From positions 6,324,001 through 6,388,000 of the forward strand of contig OZ287750.1 in the NCBI GenBank assembly GCA_965649765.1: 64,000 nucleotides of DNA, in the 5' to 3' direction. Made by a program: the position numbers and the translations under genes. Every line of letters starts with the position of its first letter. Position 1 is the first letter of the stretch. Of this stretch, positions 11,305 through 21,049 are shown one piece after another. The notes beneath the pieces were generated by a model. It saw only the letters and a program-made list of their open reading frames with translations, was not told the DNA's origin and did not search any database. Source of the DNA: Bispira polyomma (taxonomy: Eukaryota).

Positions 11305-12180
11305 TTATATTCTGTCATTCTGCCACGGGACTGCCCCTCATTCATAATGTTGTCCATCAACATGTGCCTGTGCCCTTTTGCCTGTCTAGATGGATTTTTA
11401 TTTTCATTAGGCAATGGACCCCCCACCAGCTGCTCCTCAGGCTCAGGTGGGTTCCCACAGCAGCTTCTCAAAATGTTGCATAATATAACACATGGTAACG
11501 CATTGTTTGACGCCACTAGAGGATGTTCTTGCATGGTTGTCAGTAGAGGCCCGAACCTGCTGACCAATATTCCAAAGGCGTTCTAACAACCCTCCTTTCC
11601 CTGGATATTCTGTAGTTGCATATCCTTTAATTGTTAGTGAGTGCTCTTCTGTAAAAGAGTTTCATCAAGCATGGGTTCAGGGCGAGGGCGTCGTTCCCCA
11701 GTAGGAAGTTGTTGACATCATGTCTCGAACTTTCAAATAGTGGTTCAGGTCTGGGCAGCCTGATGGATCCGTCTTCAAACTTTTGTTTTAGTTCTGATTG
11801 GTTAAAAATTTGTGCACCCGAGCACAAACCACTGCAGCCAAGGTCCACCTAAACAAATCTGTGGTCACCATCAACCAGGTCTAACAGCACAATTGAATGG
11901 AACCCTTTGTAGTTGTAAAATTCACTGCCAGCCTTTGAAGATTTCTTGATGGCTACATGCTTTCGTCAATGGAGCCCACAGCGTGAGGGATGCTCCATCT
12001 GTTTCTGATACTTCTTCAAGTTTCATCCAGCCAGCAGGCAAGGGAAGGCAGGACAGATTTTCAGCTTTGTATTCTCCTTGGCCTTGCAGATCCCTTGGAC
12101 AAACTTGGTGATTGTCAATTTCCCCACCCTGAATTGGTACGACAAGGAACTGTAACTCAATCCAGGGCTTGACCAAGTGG
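11305..12180 (-). pseudogene. PIF/Harbinger (HARBI1-like, DDE_Tnp_4) transposase, frameshifted
   Basis: YSSLSYQFRVG, W.IPHAVGSID.KHVAI, FYNYKGFHSIVLL.LVD, FLLGNDA, NYRISR.RRVV.NAFGILVSRF, and ...AVPWQNDRI* ending at TAA 11307-11305. Confidence 0.92.
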
Positions 12181-12364
12181 AGGGGTGACACTCTTGAAGG
12201 CCAGACCTTTTCGGAGGGCAGGGGGGTCTAGCCTCTAAGAATGTCAAGGCGGGTGGGGCAAGGGGCAGGTGGTGGCCTGGAGTTCAATTAATTCCTCTTG
12301 ATATCATGTAACTTCAATTTCAGCCAATCACTGTTCAGAGAAGTAGGCAATGTATGTACAATAA

Positions 12365-12567
12365 NNNNNNNNNNNNNNNNNNNNNNNNNNNNNNNNNNNN
12401 NNNNNNNNNNNNNNNNNNNNNNNNNNNNNNNNNNNNNNNNNNNNNNNNNNNNNNNNNNNNNNNNNNNNNNNNNNNNNNNNNNNNNNNNNNNNNNNNNNNN
12501 NNNNNNNNNNNNNNNNNNNNNNNNNNNNNNNNNNNNNNNNNNNNNNNNNNNNNNNNNNNNNNNNNNN
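12365..12567. other. Assembly gap (203 N)
   Basis: Run of N. Confidence 1.
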
Positions 12568-12597
12568 TGTTACATTTCTGGGCATATTCAATACCCA

Positions 12598-13530
12598 CTA
12601 CTCCCTTTTGTTACTGTCTCTCACATTAAACAGCTCTACGGACTCAGCCGATAATGTGTCCACATTAACATTCGTTGGAAATCTCGTCCTTGGTATTGGT
12701 AATCCTGAACTCTTTTTAAAGCATATTCAGATATTACACCGACACTGTGTACATTGAGTACGTCTACCGCAACAAAAGTAAATATTAAAAGCAAAAGCGA
12801 TCACAACCACCCTAAGGCTTATAGAGAAACATATCACCAGTTCAATTTCAAAATCATTTGTCATCCTTTCATTATCCGTCACGATTACATTTTCAGTAGT
12901 CGGAATATCAGTAACCACACTTTCAGTAGTCAGATTATCAGTAGTCACACTTTCAGCAGATTCAGGGCCGTTGGGGTCACTTCTTTTGGCTTGGGAAAGG
13001 GTTTCCTAGTTTTAAATTTACGTCTGGGGATGGTTCTCCTGGTGATAGTCTCTGAGGTCGTTACCTCAGGGACTGTAGTCATTTCCTCTACTGTGGTCAT
13101 TTCCTCCAGTGTGGTGGTCGTCTGAAGGGTGGTGGTCTTCTGGGTAGTACTTTTAATATGGTTTTTCTTAACAGTAAATACTCTGGTCAAAGGTCTGCTA
13201 CAGTCTGTAATTATTTTGACTGCCGTTACCTCCAAGCTTTCACAATCAATTTTTTTTTTGTTTCTGTACATCAAGGGTCTTTAAATACATAAACTTTGAT
13301 AGAGATTTGTAATCGTTAGTCTTCAAACAGTTTCCTTTTAGGTCCAGGTATCGCACTTTTTTAATATCCAATTTTGATATTAGTAAATCTGCTAAACTTT
13401 TGATACACAAGTTCTGACAGATTACAAAATACCTGTCATTAGAACACTGACACCTCACACCACTAAAACTACAGGCCTCTGAATCCGTTTTACCTATCAG
13501 ACACAGTACACACAATATAAACAGTAACAT
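12598..13530 (-). pseudogene. Intronless LRR / Thr-rich stalk / transmembrane protein (about 310 aa), disrupted
   Basis: Three adjacent ORFs join into signal peptide, LRRNT (CSFSGVRCQC...VICQ), LRRs (VRYLDLKGNCL; LKTLDV), mucin stalk, TM, Cys-rich juxtamembrane segment and tail. Lesions: frameshift in the A-run at 13250-13259, frameshift near 12967, TGA at 12729-12727. Confidence 0.75.
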
Positions 13531-13567
13531 CTTGAAATCTAATAAAAATTACTTTGGGAGTCATCAT

Positions 13568-13575
13568 TATATATA
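13568..13575 (-). promoter_or_regulatory. TATA box candidate of the LRR gene
   Basis: GGCTATATATAAT about 40 nt upstream of the ATG at 13530. Confidence 0.4.
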
Positions 13576-14775
13576 GCCTGGACACTGAGGCCTCCAACTG
13601 TGATCCTTATTATTTATTTCTGGACTTACCCCTCACTGTATTTATATTGGTCATTAGTGTCTCCAGTAGAGTTGATTATATCTCATAGAGCTCACAGATA
13701 GGCCCTGCACTTCCATCCAATGAATAGATCAAATATTTAGATTGGACTGTTTACATTTCAAATAACAGCTCAGATCAAAATACTACCCTTTTGTACTCAG
13801 AAGAATGAATGTCTGAGATTCTGGACCCCCGACTGAGCCTAGATATTATTATCTCAGGAAGGGTGAAAAACCCCTCTGCCTGACATCACCACTCTGGTTA
13901 ATATTATCTTAAAGGATTAAATGTGGTTTCACTGCAATTGTTTAAGATTTAAGTAAAAAAGTGTACGTGGGAGCCAAGACTGCAGGGGAAAAACACCTTT
14001 TGTGTGTGTGTTTGTGTGGGCTTGTGTGTGTGAAGAGTTTCTGTGAAAATATGCTGGCCATTTCACATGTCTGTGCGTATGTGTGTATGTTATATGTGCG
14101 TGTATGTGTGTGTGAAAATGTAAATGCAGTGTTAAATAAAAGGTTTTTTCCCCTCAAGTTCACATCCTATACCTCAAGACAGATTTTATTATCCTGTCAA
14201 ATAAAATTTTTGGACTATAAATACCAATAGTGGTCAACATATTCTATTAGCACTATCAATACTAATATGTGTGTGTAAATGTAGGGGCTTTTGTGAATGT
14301 ATAGAGTTGGACTATAAAATACCAATAATGGGCAACAGATTTTCTTTTTTAGTTTAAATATGAGCATTTGCATGTGTGTATGGGTGTCTGTGTGTTTGTC
14401 ATTCTGTATGTGTATACATTGCTACAAGTCAGAGTCTTCTAAATTTGTGTTATGTTGTAAGCTAGAATATTCACCATATTATTATTATTATCAAAACAGG
14501 ACCACGAGGGTGATTAAATAGGGTTTTTAAATTTTGAAAATTGGATTAATATTAAGGAAGATAGACATTTTTGAATAATTATGTTTCTTTTAACAATTTA
14601 CAATGTAGACTAGTATCGCGACGAGCGGCCGCAAACGCTGATTAATTAGCTTTTTAAACTTTGAAAATTGGAGTAATATTAAGGAAGTTATGGCTATTGA
14701 AAGTTTTTTCAATATTCAGTCACAGATATTATTGAACCCATTTTTTTACCACTAAAATCACTAGGGGCTAATTCG

Positions 14776-15014
14776 TGTGACTATAAATCCTATCACCATC
14801 AATCATGTCACCATAAATCCTATCACTATAAGTCTTGTGACCGTAAGTTCTGTGACCATAAGCTCTATGATCATCTGTGACCGTAATTTCTTTGACCATA
14901 AGCTCCGTGACCCTAAGTCCTATGACCATAAGTTCTATGACAATCTGTGACCGTAAATCTTGTGACCATAAGTTGCGTGTCCGTAAGTTGAGTGACCGTA
15001 AATCGCGTGACCAT
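14776..15014. repeat. 15-bp tandem array (TGACCATAAG core)
   Basis: e.g. TGACCATAAGCTCCG TGACCCTAAGTCCTA TGACCATAAGTTCTA; ends at a GGGGCCCC palindrome. Confidence 0.85.
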
Positions 15015-15055
15015 AGGGGCCCCATTGTAGTTCTATTCATTTAATTTTATGTACT

Positions 15056-15310
15056 TGAATTTGAATTTGGATATTTAACGTCCACTCTAGTACCTTTTAG
15101 TAGGTTATATTGGGACGGGTAGTTGGAAACGCTGGAGGAAACACTGCATACAGTTGGTCAAGGTTCTGCAGAGAAACCAGCGGCCCACAGTAAGGAACTA
15201 CCACCTTTCCCACATAGGCAACGACGGGATTCGAACTCACGCCGCCCAGAGGTGAGAGACCAGTGATTGTGAAGCGCAATGCTTGCTAACCACTAGGCCA
15301 CCGCGGCCCC
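15056..15310 (-). mobile_element. Full-length tRNA-derived SINE with 15-bp TSD
   Basis: A box GTGGCCTAGTGGTT, B box GAGTTCGAATCC, (TTCAAA)n tail, TSD TTAATTTTATGTACT at 15041-15055 and 15311-15325. Confidence 0.92.
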
Positions 15311-15617
15311 TTAATTTTATGTACTACATTGTATTATATGAATTTTTATTGTTATGCTAATGTTATGATTTTATGTGTTAAGCCCTTTGAGTAACTATAA
15401 TAATTCACTATATAAATTTGACTAATACTAATAATAAGTCAATACAAATATGCACAAGATTGATTTTTGTGGGAAACTACAACTTGAATAAATCCATCAC
15501 TCTGCTTATATATGTCAAATAAAGACCAACATTATAGAGATTTAATAAAATGCACACCAACATACTTGGTTTGCATTTTCGTTTACTTCTGATGAGCTTT
15601 CTTTAGCAAATCATTTA

Positions 15618-16100
15618 TGCCGTGGTCGCACTGGGCTTACGTTTTCATTATGCACCAAAAATGGCTATTGTGAGGTAAAACATGGTGAAACGTAAGCAGA
15701 ATATAGTGTACTTAAGTAAACGTAAGCATGCGTGAGTAAGATAGTCCTTTAATGACCTTAATTTTTTACGCTTATGGCCGTTTTCCTGAAACAGTTGGTG
15801 TGTTTGCGGGAAAAGTACACATATTCAATGCGTATATGACCTAAAGGATGGCAGTAAAACAAACTATACATCCAAACAATATTTAAAACAAGGAGAACGA
15901 GAATGAAACAGGTTTCTAAAATGTGGCTAATGATACAAACATAATTAAAACGGCTATTAAAATGTGTTAAATGTAAATGTAAATGGGTACAAAACGGTCC
16001 ATACATTGATGTTTTGCTGTGTTTCCCCAAATTTTCACTTTATTTATTTACTTTACAGAATTTTTAACATAACACAAACATTTTCAGTGTGACCACAGCA
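15618..16100. mobile_element. Harbinger-type MITE
   Basis: TIRs TGCCGTGGTCGCACTG / CAGTGTGACCACAGCA (14/16 match), TTA on both flanks. Confidence 0.8.
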
Positions 16101-16952
16101 TTACTTTCAGTGCATTATAAGGCCTGTATTATACACTACTATACTGCAAGTTCCATACATACATGACGCACACACAACCAAGTGCACATGGGTGAACCCT
16201 TTTCAATACTAGAATTAAGACATATATTGCTGGTTATAAAGTTGCAATTTACATACCCCAGACCCATGCTTTTATTAATTTTTTTTATATTAAGACAAAT
16301 GTAACTCAACTGTGACCAAGTACAGGAAGAAGAATTTAAAAAATGTCTTCAACAAAAAGATTAATATACAATGTTAAGGTTCATATATACAAGAATATTA
16401 CATAGTATCTAGTGGTTTTTGTTGTTGTTTTCCTGACTTTGTAATGTTTATAACTTATATTACAGCTTCTTAAATTTAGTATTCATATATTGAGTCTAGT
16501 GTAAGGCTAGGTAGTGCTGTGTTATTTTAGTGTGACCACAGCATTACATTCAGTGCATTATAAGGCCTGTGTTATACACTACTGTACTACAAGTTCCACA
16601 CTTGACCGCACATACAATGAAGTGCACACAGGTGAACCCTTTTCAACACTAGAATAAAGACAGGTATTGATTTTTTTTTGTTGTTTTCGTTACTTTGTAA
16701 TGTTTATAAGTTATTTGTGTGTATATGTAAAGATAATAAAAATTTAACCTATTACAAGGCTAGGTTAGTGATGTGACATGTGTAAGCTTTGGTTTTATAA
16801 AAAAATTTGATTGTTTATTTTATATATTGAGCCTAGTTCCAAGCTAAATTAGTGGAATGACATGTGTAACTTTGGTTTTATAACAGTTTCTTTTAATTTA
16901 GTATTTATATATTGAGTCTAGTGTAAGGCTAGGTAGTGCTGTGTTCTTTTAG
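16084..16952. repeat. Diverged local tandem duplication (about 430-445 bp unit)
   Basis: GTGTGACCACAGCATTAC... recurs at about 16087 and 16530; TATTGAGTCTAGTGTAAGGCTAGGTAGTGCTGTG recurs at about 16488 and 16910. Confidence 0.8.
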
Positions 16953-18479
16953 TTTTAGTACTTTGAGCCTAGTACATTGTTAGATCATATATAAATTATT
17001 GTATTTTATTGTAAGCCCTACTGAAGGCTAGTAAAGTTCTTCATGTCCTGATAAAAATGGTATAAAAATATTTAAATATAGGGCAATCCTTTTACGCCTC
17101 TTTTACGTAGTTCTATGTGGCATTTAACTTTTGGCCAAATGAGATTTATCAAAGGTGGAAAAGTGTAGGTTTTGAAGTTAAATTAAAAGGATTGTTGGAG
17201 TGAGGAATACTGAATGCAGTGTTACAAGGAGTGTTTTTGGAATAGTTGTATTATTAGTGTGTACAGTGTATCTGAAGTGCTGAGGTTTTAATTGCATTTG
17301 TGTTGGAAACTTGGGTAAATATATTAATATAGCTTATGGTGAAGTATATTATGAAAGTATATATTTGACATAAAAACTGAAGTTAAAAAGTTATGTTTTA
17401 TTAGTATGTTGATTTTTGGGTCTGCTGATTAATCTTTAAATTATGTGAGCTAAAATATTTTATCTTTAAATTATTTGATGCAAAGTGTATGTATATTTAT
17501 GGTAATTTTATAATTAGATTATTAATATTTCATGCACTACATGTTTATAAGTTATGATCATACTAAAATAATGTATATGGTAATGTTAGTGTATGTATAT
17601 TTAACTAAGAAATTGTTACGTATTTGGGCAAATGAGATGCAAACATTTTACACGCATGTAATTAACTAGGTTAAAGTTTTATCTTTCCCTGTGGCAAAGG
17701 CCCTATCCTGTTCTTTTCTGATATTTATGGCCTTTTTTGCTGCCCCTTCCTTTAAACTTTTCTCTGAAAACTGTTATACATATTACCTGACACAGTTAAA
17801 TATTTGTTCCTTCAGTAAAAAGTAATTGGATACATGGAAGACAATGGGTGATCGCTTTCCAAACTGTAAATGTCCTGCAAAAATTCATGCTTTTCCCGCT
17901 CGCAAGTGAAAATGGTGTTTTCATGTACACATGAGCTTTTTTAGGTGGATGTCAAACTCACCTATTTTTCTTTAAATTATAAATATTCTAGCTTTTTGAA
18001 ACTTAACCAAGTATTAAACCACACAATAAATAGACCATACAAAATTTAAATATCAAGGAGAAAATGTAAAATTATAAAATATGTTAGCTTCTGCTAGCTT
18101 TCCGATACTTTACCAAGTTTTTAACCACACCATAGACTACTATGTCAGGGAAGAATAGTATCAACATTTTTTTGGATTTGGAACTCATGCCGTGGTCACA
18201 CTGGGCTTATGTTTTGATTACGCACTTTGCATTTGTGTACCAAACGTAATATACTTATGTGAACGTATGCTTATGTAAGACCAAACTTGGAAAAATTTTG
18301 AAATGTCTTAATTTTCAGATTGCTCGAAATTTCTTACATTTTATGAAATATGGTCCTTTGCATAATAAGCGGGTTTAAAACGTATTTGAAATGAAATTAA
18401 AGCGTATTTTGCATAATTTTACTGGGTCAAAGCAGCCCTGGACGTACTATACCAATGTGGGATTTACAAGATGTTTCAT

Positions 18480-19780
18480 TTAGGTAATGGTCTTGTTGGA
18501 TCTTTCAGCAGCTTTTGATACTGTGATTCATGATATCCTGTTGAAGAGGCTGCAGCTGTCTTATGGTGTGTATTGTACCTTCTTGAAATGGTTAGAGACA
18601 TACCTGGAGTTCACAGTGTGTTATGGCACTAGGATTAAAGTCAGAAGATGTTCAGCTAACCTGTTGTGTTCCACAGGGTTCTGTGCTTGGACCGGATTTG
18701 CACAGAAAATATACATTATCTTTGTCCGATCTCATTTCATCGTTATCACCTTCCTATCATTTCCATGATGATGATTCTCATGTCAAGTTTGGACTGCATT
18801 AGAGCCTAATGACATTAGTAATCAAAATTAGGCTGTGCTAATGCTTAAACAGGGAGTGAAGGGGATTGGTGAGTGGATGTTTAACTGATGAACTGCAATT
18901 AAAAAAAGGGACTAAATTATTAATACTTGGAACTAAACAACGAAGGAGAAAGATGACAGTATCTTCCATGAAACTCAACAATGAAATAATCTATGCCATT
19001 CTGGGAGTAATCCTAGACAGTTCACTCACAATAGAAGCTCATGTGAATAATGTTTGCAAATTATGTTATATTCAGCTAAGAAACATCTCTAAAATCAGAT
19101 GCTACCTAACTTTTGAAGCAACAAAGAGGTTAATACAGGCTCTTGTGATTAGCAAAATTGGATTGCTGCCATGTATTGCTCTTTGGCATTTGCAAAAAGC
19201 TTCTTCTTAATATAATAATAATAATAATAGAAGCATTTATAAAGTGCAAAATTGATAAAAGTCCTCTAATGCGCTGAAAAATTCTCTAATGCTGTTAAAC
19301 TACGAGTGCAAAAACATGCTGCAAGAATAGTTTCAACAACACCTCATCATGAGCACATACCTCCAGTGTTGAAGTTACTGCCCTAGCTTCCTGTTTAGAG
19401 TATGCCATTCTGGTGACTGTATACAAAGCCAATAATGGTTTAGAACCTGAATACATAAGGGACTTGTTGCAGCCACAACAAAGTAGTAACTAATATGACT
19501 CGAAGGTCAATGAAGCAAGACTTGCTGACAATACCATATTATAAATTAAAGTCAGCTAGATACCGTGCCTTCTTGGTCCATTCACTTCAAATTTGGAACA
19601 ATCTACGGGATGAAATTAAAAACAGAAATAATGTTGTCACATTCAAAAAATCACTGAAAACATTTTTATTTCGTTGAGCCCATAATTAAATGAATACATT
19701 AATCACAAACATTAAAGTACTTAATGTTAAAGTTATTGTGATGCGCTCTGAGCATATGGAAGAGCACTATATAAATCATC
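18480..19780 (+). mobile_element. L2 LINE, RT to 3' end, decayed
   Basis: VLLDLSAAFDTV.HDILLKRL, LGVILDSSL, LRNISKIR.YLT, IWNNL...FKKSLKTFLF. Confidence 0.9.
19208..19290 (-). mobile_element. Short LINE/SINE 3' tail inserted antisense into the L2
   Basis: Reverse complement of 31005-31072 (CAGCGCATTAGA...ATAAATGCTTCTATTATTATT). Confidence 0.65.
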
Positions 19781-19914
19781 TATTTTTTATTTTATGGGTC
19801 GTATATTACGCATTGCACCCGTTTTTACAGCTGTTTATGGCCAAAAATAAATGTTTACATTTGATCCGCTTTGATGAGGTAGGGAAATTCTTATGTATAA
19901 GGAGATGTTCAAAA

Positions 19915-20680
19915 TTAGATGGTGCTAAATAAGCTCAAGCTGAATCCTGATAAAACCGAATTCATATTGTTTGGCTCGAGCACTCAACATGCTGAACTGT
20001 CAAATTCTTTTCCAGTAAACATTCTTGGGACACTGTCATCCCCAACTGAAAAGTGAGGAACATGGGGGTTTTATATGATAGTGATTTTTCCTTTTCCAGT
20101 CATATCCAATCACTGTGTAAGTCATGCTTCATGGGTCTTAGAGACCTTAGGAGAATCAAAAATCAAAATCGTTTGCAATAACTGCAGAAAATGCTCTGGT
20201 TGGTAGCAGACTGGAGTACTGCAATTTACTGTGTCGTAGTTTGACCGAAAAAGAACCTGAACAAATTGCAATGCATCCATAATTCATTGGCATGTCTGAT
20301 CAATTGTTGTACTCGGCTTTCACCTATTATGAAGTCACTCCATTGGCTCCCTGTTAGGTATGAGTGTGTTTTTAAAAACTGCTACAAAAGTATATAACTT
20401 TCTCGATTCGGGTTTGCCTAAATACTTTAAACCACACTTGTGTTACTACAAGTGTAAAGTTAATACAAGGCGAGCTGCTCCCAAAATAGATTCTATCTTG
20501 CTCCAAAATATAAGTCCAAATTACACAGGTTAAAGGTTCACTTTGATAAAAGTTTTGCAAATGATGCTCCTACCATATGCAATAGCCTCAGCACATTAGG
20601 ACAGCTCCGTCCCTGTATTTCTTCCGGAGTAGTTTAAAGACCTATCTATTCAATGATGCATTCCCTCCATAGTTTCAAGC
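19915..20680 (+). mobile_element. Second L2 LINE 3' fragment
   Basis: NKLKLNPDKTEFILFGS, NALVGSRLEYCN, KSLHWLPV, FRSSLKTYLF. Confidence 0.85.
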
Positions 20681-21049
20681 ACGAAAAAAGTATTACATAT
20701 TATTATACCTTGTTTGACATTCTGTTTAATCCGCATGTGATTTCTTTCTACCCATTTATCAAACCGTTGACTTCGATCGATACGCTTCCATTTCATCCAC
20801 CATGCTCTGACTTTGTTTTATTCCCTTTTGATGTCACAATTTTGTTTGTTTCTTCTATTGTGATGTATGCATATGCTTTCGTCATTTGCTCCTATCATGT
20901 TGGAATGCGTCCTACGATACCATGAGGTACCACACGGTCAAATCATTTAAAGTTATATTTCATTGTGCATGCAAGGATTTTCAATTTTTCAAAGTAAATA
21001 ATAGGTTGAGTTAGTAGAAAGAGGTAAGCATCAACTCTACTACCTTCGC

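Larger units (their letters stand above)
9590..12180. mobile_element. PIF/Harbinger DNA transposon remnant with convergent accessory and transposase genes
   Basis: Transposase on the minus strand, accessory-gene 3' half on the plus strand; termini not recovered (right side runs toward the assembly gap). Confidence 0.8.

Noticed and set aside
10200-11320. Histone genes explaining the two stem-loops
   Set aside because: No histone-fold or H1-like coding sequence upstream of either motif on the relevant strand; the upstream sequences are transposase and Q/P/S-rich ORF remnants.
12298-12654. ORFs spanning the N run
   Set aside because: Artefacts of the assembly gap.
15225-15310. tRNA gene
   Set aside because: A/B boxes present but no clean cloverleaf; it continues into a SINE body with tail and TSD.
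15585-15615. Hammerhead ribozyme (CTGATGA-GCT...AGC-AAA)
   Set aside because: The required GAAA is incomplete and stems I and III cannot be formed convincingly.
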